A stretch of DNA of 34,503 bases from an uncultured Porphyromonadaceae bacterium (GCA_964467485.1 CAYXQX010000001.1:1-34503); one strand, 5' to 3'. Counted from the first letter of the stretch, positions 1-9,705 are shown. Notes: generated by a model from the sequence alone, not told the origin. A program made the numbers and translations.

Positions 1-2602
1 TATTATTAATTTCAATAGTATTAGTATATCCTGATTCAGCCCCTGACTGGTAGTTTGCTGATACTTTGTAGCTGTTGTAGATTTTGCGATCGACATCGCG
101 ATCCAGGTATGTTGTAGAGCTGGTTGTAGTTAGAAGCTCATTATTGCGATAAATATTATATCCGCTTACCATATTTGGAAATAGTGGTGGATTCCATGAT
201 AACTCAACATCATAAGGACTAACAAATGCCAGCAAGAAGTAGGGAGGGAGGATTACCCTATTTGAAGGAGCAAGTTCAGTGTCCCATATCCCTCTACCAA
301 AGGTGGAGGCTCTTAGTCTCGACTCATTGCGATTAAAGCGGTCGTAATAAATTTCTAATTCGCTTACCTCAACTGAAGCTGGCAGTTCTGTGCCATAGAG
401 CACCCAGTCGTCCATTTCAGCATTCTTGTAATAAACCCCGGCATCAGTTCCAATATACAGACCTTCATTTGATGACCTGTCGTATTCGATATTGTTTACT
501 GGTATTTCAGGGATAGTTCCGGATATATTGTCCCATGACTCTCCTCTGTCAAATGATTTAAAAACCTTGCTTCCTATAGTCATGTATATTATATCGGCAT
601 CATAGGGGTGGCATTCCAGGTCGCTTGGATTGCCCGACATAGGTTTTGCATGGGTAAGGTCGATCCACAGTGGCTTAGGCAGCATGTTATCTGTCCTGAA
701 AATTTTGCCGTCCTGTCTGGAGAAGAATAATAAGTTAGAGTCTGCCGGGGATGTTTCAACAACCTGACAGTTAGATCCATTGCTACCACCCAGATTGTCT
801 GAAAGCTTTGTCCATTTAATGGAGCCTGCGGTTTTTATGTTTTGACAAATCCAGATATTTTTGTACCCGATTATCATGGTGTTTGCATCCCATTCTGATA
901 AGCGGTAAGGTGTTACCCATGCTCCGGATTCTGTAATGCCATTTACATCTTTAGCCGCAACCTGCCGGGAGCTTCCCCTGTCATTTCTACGTGTTATGTT
1001 TCCATAATATATTGAAGTGTAGCTGTATTGGTCGGAATAAGGATCAACCATACATTCAAATCCATCTCCGCCACCGGTGGTTTTCCATCCATCAGGGGCA
1101 TGTGTTGCACTTCCATTATCCTGGAAGCCCGCAAGATATTTCTCCTTATTTGTAGCACTTACACCAAGCTTATACATCTGGCCTATTCCCAATCCAACAC
1201 TGATATCCGACCAGGATTCACCTTTATTATCTGTATAGTAAATACCTCCGTCGTTTCCGAGATATAGTCTGTTATTCAAAGGGTTGTAGTCAAGTGTATG
1301 ATGATCGGCATGAACCGTATTAGTGCGGTCGCCGGTCCAGTGGCCTGTGCATTTCCAGGTAACACCCGAATCATTAGAACGCCACATATTGATTCCTCCT
1401 GTGTGGACTATATTGGCATTATTAGGGTCGACATGAATAACCAGGTCATACCAACTTTGATTCCTGTCATCAGTGCCGTCATATGATCCACCAAGGATAT
1501 TCGGTGAGTCGGATTGGAGGGTGAAGGTTTGCCCCGAATCACTTGACCGGAAGCACCCCTTATAGGTACCACCGATAACAATATATACAAGGTTATTGTT
1601 GGCCGGAGTAACTCCTATTACTATTCTCCCGGTGGCAGTAATTCCTTCTTCTTCACCGATAAGAGTCCAGCTTTCGCCTCCGTCTGAGCTTCTGTAAAAG
1701 CCTACATTAGATGAAGTATAGGCAACATCAGGATTTCCTGGTTTATATTTTATGTCTCTAAAGTTTTCTGAGCTTGTGTTGGGTGAGGTTTTTACCCAGG
1801 TTTCGCCAAAATCGGTCGTTTTATACACGCCTCCGTTGGCAGCAGCAAGGACAGTATTAGGATCCGACTCATTTTGAGCAAACATCCCAACTGTTATTTC
1901 ATCCATTCCCTCGTTCCTTATTTCCCAGCTTTCGCCTCCATCCATACTGATCATATTACCAACACCCCAGTCGTCACCTCCATCTCTGTCGCCTGTTCCG
2001 ATAAGTATTTTATCAGGATTTTCGGGATGAATAAGAATCGCTGAGACACCTAATGTGGGTAAAGGATCTGTATGAGAGATCCATGTTTCACCGCTATTTT
2101 CACTAATCCAGAAGCCCCCGGAAGGAGCACCAACATAAATTTTGGCTGTATCTACCGGGTCAAATGCTATGGCGTTTACACGGCCTATTCCCATATATCC
2201 GAGTGGAGTTGTTCTGTTTCGTGGACCAAGTTCAACCCAGGTTTGTTGGCCAGATTTCATGCTTGACTGTTCAGGATGAGCCTGGATGTAGGTGTTATAT
2301 TCCCTGGCAGTTTTACCTGATTCAGGAAATTCACCATTTTCATCAATTCGGCTTTCCCAATAATGTTCCCATCTTTTAAAAACACTATAACCCATTCCTT
2401 TTGATGGTTCCTTTTTTTCCCACCAGGCATAAAATGCCTTTTGAGTTTCGAAAAAATTAATATTCCTGTCAAGCATCATCTCTTGCCAGTGAGGGTTCTG
2501 GGCATATTCCGATTTGCTTAATGGCTCAAATTCGGATTGGTTCTGACCGAATGAGGAAAGACTGATGGTTAAAATCAGGATAAATGAAAATGTAAAATGC
2601 AT
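1..2602 (-). CDS. Asp-box/BNR beta-propeller (sortilin/VPS10/GH74-like) secreted protein, paralog of 2623..6003. C-terminus lies beyond the left window edge.
   Basis: Absent from the supplied ORF track, presumably because it has no stop inside the window. I read the minus frame with ATG at 2602..2600 triplet by triplet down to position 2. It gives 867 sense codons with no stop, and an in-frame TAA lies just upstream at 2608..2606. The N-terminus MHFTFSFILILTISLSSFGQNQ looks like a signal peptide. It is followed by HWQEMMLDRNINFFETQKAFYAWWEKKEPSKGMGYSVFKRWEHYWE. Near the edge the sequence reads NESRLRASTFGRGIWDTELA...YNIYRNNELLTTTSSTTYLDRDV. All of this is colinear with the neighbouring 1126-aa protein. 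Confidence 0.85.
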   Translation of the reverse strand, partial: MHFTFSFILILTISLSSFGQNQSEFEPLSKSEYAQNPHWQEMMLDRNINFFETQKAFYAWWEKKEPSKGMGYSVFKRWEHYWESRIDENGEFPESGKTAREYNTYIQAHPEQSSMKSGQQTWVELGPRNRTTPLGYMGIGRVNAIAFDPVDTAKIYVGAPSGGFWISENSGETWISHTDPLPTLGVSAILIHPENPDKILIGTGDRDGGDDWGVGNMISMDGGESWEIRNEGMDEITVGMFAQNESDPNTVLAAANGGVYKTTDFGETWVKTSPNTSSENFRDIKYKPGNPDVAYTSSNVGFYRSSDGGESWTLIGEEEGITATGRIVIGVTPANNNLVYIVIGGTYKGCFRSSDSGQTFTLQSDSPNILGGSYDGTDDRNQSWYDLVIHVDPNNANIVHTGGINMWRSNDSGVTWKCTGHWTGDRTNTVHADHHTLDYNPLNNRLYLGNDGGIYYTDNKGESWSDISVGLGIGQMYKLGVSATNKEKYLAGFQDNGSATHAPDGWKTTGGGDGFECMVDPYSDQYSYTSIYYGNITRRNDRGSSRQVAAKDVNGITESGAWVTPYRLSEWDANTMIIGYKNIWICQNIKTAGSIKWTKLSDNLGGSNGSNCQVVETSPADSNLLFFSRQDGKIFRTDNMLPKPLWIDLTHAKPMSGNPSDLECHPYDADIIYMTIGSKVFKSFDRGESWDNISGTIPEIPVNNIEYDRSSNEGLYIGTDAGVYYKNAEMDDWVLYGTELPASVEVSELEIYYDRFNRNESRLRASTFGRGIWDTELAPSNRVILPPYFLLAFVSPYDVELSWNPPLFPNMVSGYNIYRNNELLTTTSSTTYLDRDVDRKIYNSYKVSANYQSGAESGYTNTIEINN

Positions 2603-2622
2603 GATTTATAGATAGTTAATAA

Positions 2623-5600
2623 TTATTGAACAGTAATTTTCGTTTTGTATTCTTTGTGACCGGATTTTATCAAAAGCTGATAGATACCTTTAGCTTTACC
2701 TTCAAGATTGACTCTTTCAATGTGATTATTGCTCAAATTCTCTATGGTTTTTTCAAAAATTACCCGTCCGGTAATATTATAAACAAATATCCTGATGTTT
2801 GATTCATCAATATTCATAATGCTAATGTCAAAAACCCCATTGCTTGGATTAGGAAACACTTTTATTTCGGAATCTAATGTAAGTAGACTTACTAAGGTTG
2901 TGTTATGGAATATCTCAATGTTGTCAATACCGGCTCCCCATCCATGTTCATTACTGTCGTCATAATAAAATCCAATCTGGGCTTCCTCCGTCAGCGCTTC
3001 TTCGGGTAGATCAATTTTTTCTTCCATCCAGGCCCATTTATTAGCAGCTGTTGCGTCAAGCGTCTTAATCTCCACCCAGTCTGCTTCTGAGGAAGTTCTG
3101 TACACTACGGATAACTTATCATAGTTACGATATTTCCTGAGAGCATAAGAAAATTTAAGGCTAATTGTTCTGCCGGTGAAAGAGCTCAGGTCAATTTCAG
3201 GGGTAATAAGGTAGTCGGTAACATGCACTCCAGCACCTGCCAGACCTGAATTGACGCCGAAGAACAAGCCATCATTTTCCTGAACGCCTAACTCAGAGGC
3301 AGTACCATGTTCCCAACCTTCGAAACTAAATTTTGCTTCCCAGCCAGCAGATCCTTTCTCAAAATTCTGAGCATATGGAAGCTCTATGTCGGCTAATGGA
3401 GTTGCCATAGATGTGTTGGAGGGGCCAGATTCCTGACCGTTTGTATATTGTGCAGTAATGTGATAATTATAAGTGATTTCCGTAGTAACATCTCTATCGA
3501 GGTAGGACGTTCCTCTGGTGGTTCCTATTTTTTCTCCATTACGATAAATCCAATACTCTAGCACATCCTGGTTATAAAATGGAGCTTCCCATTCAAGTTC
3601 CACTATGTCTTCATAAGCCAGAGTTGTTAATAGATTAGGAGATAAAACACCTGTAGTTTGAGCAAGTTCGATTTCCCACAATCCTCTTCCGAATGTTGAT
3701 GCACGCAGTCGACTTTCGTTGCGGTCGGCCCTATCGGTATAGATTTCCAAATCAGTTACTTCAACACTTAAAGGCAGGCTGGTTCCATGTAGAACCCATT
3801 CGCTCATTTCGGCATCACGGTAGAAAACACCGGCATCAGTTCCAACATACAGTCCTTCAGGTGCAGTTTTATCAAAAACTATTGTGTTGATGTTGATCTC
3901 AGGCAAGCCATCAGAGATATTTTCCCAGTTTACTCCTTTAGTTTCTGACTTAAAGATGTGGGTTCCGATGCTCATGTAAACTATCGCAGGATTATATGGG
4001 TGAGACTCTATATCACCTGGAGATCCTCCCTGAGGTTTGTTTGCGGTAATTTCTGTCCAAAGAACAGTGTTGTCCATAAGATTGTCGGTTCTGAATACCT
4101 CTGATCCACGAGCTACATAAAACACATTGAAATCGGCAGGAGAATGCTCCACAATACTACAGTTGTTACTGTTTGAGCCCCCAAGATTGTTTGAGATCTT
4201 TCTCCAGAATACAGTGCTTTGTGACTTGATATTGGTTGACATCCAGATATTCTTATATCCTATCATCATTGCGTTGGGGTTCCCCTCGTGAATGCAGAAG
4301 GGTGTAACCCAGGCACCTGCTTCGGTTATTCCATTAGTGTTTTCACCTGCAATCTTTCTTCCGTTGGTATTATTGTAACGACGCGTTATAGCCCCATAAT
4401 AGATAGTTGTGTAGCTATACTTATCGTCGGAAGGGTCAACTGCGCATTCCATACCGTCACCACCTCCTGTGCTGTACCATTCTTCGCCCATCCATGTGGC
4501 GGTTCCATTATCCTGAAAACCTGCTACCGTTTTATTTCTGTTTGTAGCGCTCACACCTAGTTTATACATCTGGCCAATTCCTAAGCCCTCACTGATCTCA
4601 GACCAGGATTCACCCTGATCGTTGGATAAATAAATTCCCCCATCATTACCCGCATATAAGGTATTATTTAAAGGGTTATAATCGAAGGTGTGCTGGTCGG
4701 CATGCACCTCATTAATCCCGTTTGCACCATACCAGTGACCTGTAATAGTCCAGGTTTTACCGGCGTCTCTTGAAATCCAGGTGTTAATACCGCCCACATG
4801 CACAATATCCGGGTTGAATGGGTCGATATGAATCATTAAATCATAGCCTGCCTGACTCTTGTCATCGTCGCCAACAGGACTATATCCCAGTATGTTAGGT
4901 GAGTCTGATTGTAGAGTAAAAGTCTGTCCAAAGTCTCTCGAAAGGAAGCAGCCCTGGAAAGGTCCACCGCCTGCTACAATGTAAACAAGGCTGTCGTTAG
5001 CAGCTGTAACGCCGATCACTTTTCGTCCACCGGCAGTAAGACCTTCGTCACTCCCAATAAAGGTCCATGTTTCTCCACCGTCTTCACTTCTGTAGAATCC
5101 GCTATTTGATGTAGCATAAGCAACCGACATATCCCCTGGTTTGAATTGTATATCTCTGTAGTTTGCTTCGTTCTCCGATTTTTTCTCCCATGTATCACCA
5201 AAATCAGTTGTTTTAAAAATTCCACCATTGGCAGCAGCCAGAATAAAACTTGAGTTGGTTTCATGTTGGGCGAACATTCCAACAGTAATATTTCCTATCC
5301 CATCATTAAACTGAATCCATGTTTCTCCACCGTCAAAGCTTTTAAAGGTTCCGAGGCCTGCATCACTTCCACCATCACGGTCGCCGGTTCCAATCAGAAT
5401 AACATTAGGCCTGTCGGTCATCGAAACGATAGCAGAAACGCCTATTGTAGGCATTGTGTCTGTTGTGGTTCTCCAGTTTTGGCCACCATCATTGGTGATC
5501 CAGAATCCTCCTGAAGGAGCGCCAATATAAATGGTTTCAGTATCGGTTGGATGAAAAGAGATAGCATTTATTCTCCCTACACCATCATATCCGCCAAAAT

Positions 5601-6003
5601 TAACACGGGTTTTTGGCCCCAGCTCGGTCCATGTGGGTATTCCTGTTTTTGAACCTTCTACAACTGGATACTCTTTCATATATCTGCTAATCTCATTATA
5701 TGTTTTTCCGGCTTCTGGAAATGAGCCATCAGCATTTACCCGGTTTTCCCAGTACCATTCCCATCTTTTGAAAACAGTGTAGCCCATGCCTTTTGAAGGA
5801 GTGCGGCTTTCCCAGTATGTATAGAAAGCATTTTGGGTTTCGAAAAAGTTGATCTGATGATCCAGCATCATATCAAACCAATGGGGATAATTTTTGTAAT
5901 CGCTCTGTGTGAGAACCTTTTTTTCTATCTGATTTTGCCCAAACAATAATTGGCTGGAGATTAATATAATTGCGACAAGTCCTAAGCTTTTCCTGAAATT
6001 CAT
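2623..6003 (-). CDS. 1126-aa T9SS-secreted Asp-box beta-propeller protein (sortilin/VPS10/GH74-like). It also has an FN3-like module, a MAM/choice-of-anchor-J-like module and a type A Por C-terminal sorting domain.
   Basis: ATG at 6003 and an N-terminal signal peptide. Repeated SxDxGxTW Asp-boxes are present: TNDGGQNW, SFDGGETW, TTDFGDTW, SEDGGETW, SRDAGKTW, SNDQGESW. An FN3-like segment reads VELEWEAP...YWIYRNGEKIG. The C-terminal ~80 aa (KVFPNPSNGVFDISI...IYQLLIKSG...KITVQ) is typical of the T9SS sorting tail. Confidence 0.85.
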   Translation of the reverse strand: MNFRKSLGLVAIILISSQLLFGQNQIEKKVLTQSDYKNYPHWFDMMLDHQINFFETQNAFYTYWESRTPSKGMGYTVFKRWEWYWENRVNADGSFPEAGKTYNEISRYMKEYPVVEGSKTGIPTWTELGPKTRVNFGGYDGVGRINAISFHPTDTETIYIGAPSGGFWITNDGGQNWRTTTDTMPTIGVSAIVSMTDRPNVILIGTGDRDGGSDAGLGTFKSFDGGETWIQFNDGIGNITVGMFAQHETNSSFILAAANGGIFKTTDFGDTWEKKSENEANYRDIQFKPGDMSVAYATSNSGFYRSEDGGETWTFIGSDEGLTAGGRKVIGVTAANDSLVYIVAGGGPFQGCFLSRDFGQTFTLQSDSPNILGYSPVGDDDKSQAGYDLMIHIDPFNPDIVHVGGINTWISRDAGKTWTITGHWYGANGINEVHADQHTFDYNPLNNTLYAGNDGGIYLSNDQGESWSEISEGLGIGQMYKLGVSATNRNKTVAGFQDNGTATWMGEEWYSTGGGDGMECAVDPSDDKYSYTTIYYGAITRRYNNTNGRKIAGENTNGITEAGAWVTPFCIHEGNPNAMMIGYKNIWMSTNIKSQSTVFWRKISNNLGGSNSNNCSIVEHSPADFNVFYVARGSEVFRTDNLMDNTVLWTEITANKPQGGSPGDIESHPYNPAIVYMSIGTHIFKSETKGVNWENISDGLPEININTIVFDKTAPEGLYVGTDAGVFYRDAEMSEWVLHGTSLPLSVEVTDLEIYTDRADRNESRLRASTFGRGLWEIELAQTTGVLSPNLLTTLAYEDIVELEWEAPFYNQDVLEYWIYRNGEKIGTTRGTSYLDRDVTTEITYNYHITAQYTNGQESGPSNTSMATPLADIELPYAQNFEKGSAGWEAKFSFEGWEHGTASELGVQENDGLFFGVNSGLAGAGVHVTDYLITPEIDLSSFTGRTISLKFSYALRKYRNYDKLSVVYRTSSEADWVEIKTLDATAANKWAWMEEKIDLPEEALTEEAQIGFYYDDSNEHGWGAGIDNIEIFHNTTLVSLLTLDSEIKVFPNPSNGVFDISIMNIDESNIRIFVYNITGRVIFEKTIENLSNNHIERVNLEGKAKGIYQLLIKSGHKEYKTKITVQ

Positions 6004-6047
6004 TTTGAGTAAATTTTGTAAAAAAATCGTTTATAATACTTCCATTA

Positions 6048-6055
6048 CAAAGTTA
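6048..6055 (-). promoter_or_regulatory. Candidate Bacteroidetes primary-sigma -7 box (TAACTTTG) for the tandem propeller genes
   Basis: The minus strand reads TAACTTTG, matching TAnnTTTG, 44 nt upstream of the ATG at 6003. No well-spaced -33 TTTG was found. Confidence 0.3.
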
Positions 6056-6153
6056 AAAAAAAGGCTCCAACAGCAGTTATTATATCTTGCCGAAGAAACC
6101 TTAAAAAACCTTAATAATATTTTTTCATTCATCACACCCACACTCACACCATG

Positions 6154-6225
6154 TAGCCCCACCAGGACTCGAACCTGGATCTACAGTTCCGGAAACTATT
6201 ATTCTATCCCTTGAACTATGGGGCC
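6154..6225 (-). tRNA. tRNA-Arg (anticodon CCG)
   Basis: The reverse complement is GGCCCCATAGTTCAAGGGATAGAATAATAGTTTCCGGAACTGTAGATCCAGGTTCGAGTCCTGGTGGGGCTA. It folds as a cloverleaf with a 7-bp acceptor stem, anticodon stem ATAGT/ACTGT with loop TTCCGGA, and T-arm CCAGG-TTCGAGT-CCTGG. No CCA is encoded. Confidence 0.9.
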
Positions 6226-6249
6226 ATTTGCCAAAATCATTTGGCTGGG

Positions 6250-6281
6250 CAAAGGTAGGCTATCTTGTTTGCATACACAAT
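6250..6281 (-). promoter_or_regulatory. Candidate promoter of tRNA-Arg(CCG)
   Basis: The minus strand has ATTG (6281..6278), a 20-nt spacer, then TACCTTTG (6257..6250), which matches TAnnTTTG. The -7 box ends 25 nt upstream of the mature 5' end of the tRNA. Confidence 0.4.
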
Positions 6282-6364
6282 AACTTTTTTAGAGTATAGT
6301 TGTTATCCTTTTATTATTAAAAAGGCGCATACTTGCGCTCAAAACTAATTATTACACTTTAATT

Positions 6365-6787
6365 ATGAGAAAAGTTATTTTATTAGCATTTGCAGCAGCT
6401 CTGCTATTTTCCTGTACAAAAGACGAATTGACCTATCAGGATGGTACTTATAAAGCAGTTGAAGCTGAATTTGGTTATGGATGGAAAGGTTATTTAAATA
6501 TAACCATTAGTGAAGATGCTTTAAAGGCAGTTGAGTTTGATTATTTGGATGAAGATGGAAATAAGAAGTCAGAAACCACAGCTGAGAGTTACCCAATGGT
6601 ACCGCATCCAAGCACTTGGATACCTCAGTATGAATCAACTTTGTTGAGCACTGAGATTGTGGAATATGCTGAAATTGATGCCGTAACTGGTGCAACCAAC
6701 GCAGGTACTGCAATAAATAAAATGGTAAATGCTGCTCTAGAAGCTGCGAAAACAGGAGATACTTCTGAACAAGTTATTATTGACTAA
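6365..6787 (+). CDS. Small lipoprotein with an FMN-binding (FMN_bind) domain and a flavinylation motif
   Basis: Signal peptide with lipobox (LLFSC). The motif DAVTGATNAG matches the Dxx(S/T)GAT site that ApbE-type flavin transferases modify in NqrC/RnfG-like FMN_bind domains. Confidence 0.75.
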   Translation: MRKVILLAFAAALLFSCTKDELTYQDGTYKAVEAEFGYGWKGYLNITISEDALKAVEFDYLDEDGNKKSETTAESYPMVPHPSTWIPQYESTLLSTEIVEYAEIDAVTGATNAGTAINKMVNAALEAAKTGDTSEQVIID

Positions 6788-6810
6788 GTTCTTTGTATTC
6801 TGAGATAAAT

Positions 6811-6841
6811 AATCCCTGGTGTTATGCACCGGGGATTTTTA
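6811..6841 (+). terminator. Intrinsic terminator after the FMN-binding lipoprotein gene
   Basis: Hairpin AATCCCTGGTG-TTAT-GCACCGGGGATT followed by a T-run. Confidence 0.7.
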
Positions 6842-6928
6842 TATCATGAAAAGATTATTATGTTCAAGAAAAGGAGTATATAATCTGCCCATAGCGTTGC
6901 ATGGAGACAATGAGAAAGCTGGAATACA

Positions 6929-8299
6929 CTAATGGCAATAGGTCGTTTGCAATACGACTGTGAAAGTGGTCAGCTCATCCTTAATTGAATTCAGTTGAAT
7001 ATCGCCATTCATTGCTAGCATTATTTGCTTACTGAGGCTAAGGCCAACACCCGAACCGTCATCTTTAGTTGTAAAAAATGGGATAAAAATCTGCTCTCTT
7101 ATTTCAGGAAGTATCTTTGGCCCGTTATTAGAGATTTCAAGTCTCACAGAATTAGTTGCCTTTATCAATCTGACCATTATTTTAGGCATCGCAACATTTT
7201 CGATTTCCAGTGCTTCGCTTGCATTCTTTATCAAGTTAATAATTACTTGAGATAAGAGTTTCTCGTCGGTATTAATCATCAGGTTATCTGGAATTTCCTT
7301 CTTAATATCGATTGACCTGCAACTTGTGAAGGTGCTGGCTGCCATGAGGCTATTTTCAACTAATGCCGACAAATTTACATGTGAGAGTTTAGGTGCAGGG
7401 AGTTTTGTAAACCTTCGATAATGATCAACAAAGTTCATTAAACCGAGGCTCCGCTCTTCAATAACTCTAAGCCCTTTTACGGTGTTTTCAATTGTATTGG
7501 AATCAATATCTTTTTGATTAATAATTTGACCGTTTTTGGTGAAATAATTCGATATTACCTGAGATAAAGTGGTTATTGGGGCTATGTTGTTCATGATCTC
7601 ATGCGACAATGTTCGAGCTAGTTTAATCCAGGCATCCACTTCTCCATTATCTAACTCCTTTGTTATATCGCTAACCGCTACCAATCTGACAAGGTCTTTT
7701 GCGGTAGTAATCTCAGACAATTTGAACAGAAGCTTTTGTCCATATTGGTTTTCAAAGATTGCTGATTGTTGATTGAGATTCTGATGCATAATAAAATCTG
7801 GCAATGCATGGTCAATAGCAGTTAAGGCGCTTATGTGATAATGATCCTGCAAATTTGTAAGCTTCATTGCTGCAGGATTAATATTAATCACTCTCCCTTT
7901 TTCGTCTATTGAAAAAAGTCCTGTTGCGGATTGTTTAATAACTTTGAGATAATATTGCTCTTGAGATCTAATGTCGATTTTTGTTTCTTTGAACAGTTCG
8001 TTCAACCTTTCAATTCCAATGTATACTTCGTCCATCGATTTGTTGCCTGTATTTGAAGGAACCTTTAGTGAAGTGTCTTCATTTTCAATACCCAGAAGGA
8101 ATAGAGAAATCAATTGATTTGTATTGTTAAAATACTTTATAATATTGATTATTCTTTCTATCAATAATACCAACGGGACGAGACAAAGTAAATAGGCTTC
8201 TTTCTCAAAAAATAGAAATGCTCCTAATATGGATAGCAAAATTATTAGGATCAATCTTGATAAGATTGCATAATAAAACTTTTTTGAGGTTATTCTCAT
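6929..8299 (-). CDS. Membrane sensor histidine kinase (2 TM helices, PAS, HisKA, HATPase_c), NtrB/AtoS-like
   Basis: H-box LSHEIMNNIAPI, N-box INLIKNASEA, and G-box region DDGSGVGLSLSKQIM. A PAS-like segment (SATGLFSIDEKGRVININPAA) and two N-terminal hydrophobic helices are present. I prefer the ATG at 8299. The track start at 8344 is a TTG that overlaps the upstream stop by 4 nt, and it remains possible. Confidence 0.85.
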   Translation of the reverse strand: MRITSKKFYYAILSRLILIILLSILGAFLFFEKEAYLLCLVPLVLLIERIINIIKYFNNTNQLISLFLLGIENEDTSLKVPSNTGNKSMDEVYIGIERLNELFKETKIDIRSQEQYYLKVIKQSATGLFSIDEKGRVININPAAMKLTNLQDHYHISALTAIDHALPDFIMHQNLNQQSAIFENQYGQKLLFKLSEITTAKDLVRLVAVSDITKELDNGEVDAWIKLARTLSHEIMNNIAPITTLSQVISNYFTKNGQIINQKDIDSNTIENTVKGLRVIEERSLGLMNFVDHYRRFTKLPAPKLSHVNLSALVENSLMAASTFTSCRSIDIKKEIPDNLMINTDEKLLSQVIINLIKNASEALEIENVAMPKIMVRLIKATNSVRLEISNNGPKILPEIREQIFIPFFTTKDDGSGVGLSLSKQIMLAMNGDIQLNSIKDELTTFTVVLQTTYCH

Positions 8300-8340
8300 G
8301 GAAAGAAGATTAAAGGAATCAACATTAGAGATTTTATATC

Positions 8341-9705
8341 TCAAATATCATATCTACTAATTTTATTATAAAGTGTTTGACGGCTTATCCCCAAATTCTT
8401 AGCAACAGTACTCATATTCCCATTTTCCTTATGGATATTTGCAAGGATCATGTCTTTTTCCATGTCCTCCAAGGTTTTATTATGCAGATCCTTTTTAATA
8501 CTATTTGGATCATCACATAAGGAGAAACTATCCTCACTTATAACCTTATCGTCAGCTAGAATTACGGCCTTTTCCATGGTATGCTGCAGCTCTCTAACAT
8601 TCCCGGGCCACTTGTAGTTTAGAAGTTTCTGAAGTGCTTTTTGATTTATTTTCAAGCCATATTTCTCGTACTTATCAGCATACTTCTTCAGATAAAAATC
8701 AGCAATTAGTAATATGTCGTTTCCACGATCCCTTAAGGGTGGCAGATCTATAGTTATTGTATTGATACGATAAAGTAGATCTTCACGAAAAAGATCAACA
8801 GAGATCATTTTCTTAAGATCCTTATTGCTTGCTGTGATTAGTCTAATATTAATAGGTATTTGAGTATTGCTTCCTAGTCTAACGATGCTTCTGTTTTGTA
8901 AGCTGCTAAGCATTTTTGATTGGAGTGTTAGCGATAGATTACCAATCTCATCAAGAAAGAGTGTTCCATTCTCAGCAGCCTCAAATTTCCCGATCCGGGT
9001 TGCTTTAGCATCTGTGAAAGATCCTTTCGTATGTCCAAAAAGTTCGCTTTCAAAAAGTGTTTCACTAATAGCCCCCATATCAACGGTAAGCATTATTTCT
9101 TTTTTTCTTTTAGAAAGCATATGGATTTCACGGGCGATAAGTTCTTTGCCAGTTCCATTCTCCCCTGTAATAAAAATATTAGCATCGGTAATTGCCACCT
9201 TTTTTACCATGTCCATCAACCGTCTAATGGGTGGAGATTGTCCTATAAAGAGTTGTGCTGACGGCTTCAGCTCTTGTTTCAATGTTTGTGTTGTCTTCAA
9301 CAATGATACATTCTCTATTTTGCTTTTCCTCAATTCCAAAGAAGCATGTAGGGTGCTTATTATCTTGTTATTCTCCCATGGTTTTAATATAAAATCGAAT
9401 GCTCCCTGTTTCACTGCTTTGACAGCTAATTCAACATCACCATAAGCGGTAATCATTATAACGCTGATTGATGGATCGCATTTTTGAATTTGATTTAACC
9501 AGAAAATCCCTTCATTTCCATTGTTAACACCTGTTCTGAAATTCATATCCAGCAATACAACGTCTATCTGGTACTTCCGAATTGTGGAGACTAAAGCATT
9601 AGGACTCTTGAGAGTATACACTTCGTCAAACTCCGTTTGCAATAGCATCTCAAGTGCGGTTAATACACTTTTGTTGTCGTCAAGGATAAGGATCTTGCCT
9701 TTCAT
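8341..9705 (-). CDS. Sigma54-dependent response regulator (REC, AAA+ sigma54-activator domain, Fis-type HTH), NtrC family
   Basis: REC domain (KILILDDN...VLLDMNF), Walker A GENGTGKE, a GAFTGA-type loop (GSFTDA), and C-terminal HTH STVAKNLGISRQTLYNKI. I prefer the ATG at 9705 (MKGKILILDD). The track start at 9747 is a TTG. Confidence 0.9.
   Translation of the reverse strand: MKGKILILDDNKSVLTALEMLLQTEFDEVYTLKSPNALVSTIRKYQIDVVLLDMNFRTGVNNGNEGIFWLNQIQKCDPSISVIMITAYGDVELAVKAVKQGAFDFILKPWENNKIISTLHASLELRKSKIENVSLLKTTQTLKQELKPSAQLFIGQSPPIRRLMDMVKKVAITDANIFITGENGTGKELIAREIHMLSKRKKEIMLTVDMGAISETLFESELFGHTKGSFTDAKATRIGKFEAAENGTLFLDEIGNLSLTLQSKMLSSLQNRSIVRLGSNTQIPINIRLITASNKDLKKMISVDLFREDLLYRINTITIDLPPLRDRGNDILLIADFYLKKYADKYEKYGLKINQKALQKLLNYKWPGNVRELQHTMEKAVILADDKVISEDSFSLCDDPNSIKKDLHNKTLEDMEKDMILANIHKENGNMSTVAKNLGISRQTLYNKISRYDI

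Noticed and set aside
6005-6214. 69-aa plus-strand ORF from the track
   Set aside because: It runs antisense across tRNA-Arg(CCG) and the promoter region of the propeller gene. It is low-complexity and has no coding support.
6257-6273. Sigma54-like AGGCTA-N-TTTGCA upstream of the FMN-binding lipoprotein gene
   Set aside because: The GG to GC spacing is 11 nt instead of the strictly required 10. It also overlaps the minus-strand tRNA promoter.
8867-9445. 192-aa ORF antisense to the sigma54 response regulator gene
   Set aside because: It lies wholly inside a strongly supported gene. It is Ser/Phe/Leu-rich with no motifs. Long antisense frames are common opposite AAA+ domains in AT-rich genomes. 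The same reasoning rejects 19310..19705, 29239..29634, 29948..30310 and the other nested antisense ORFs.
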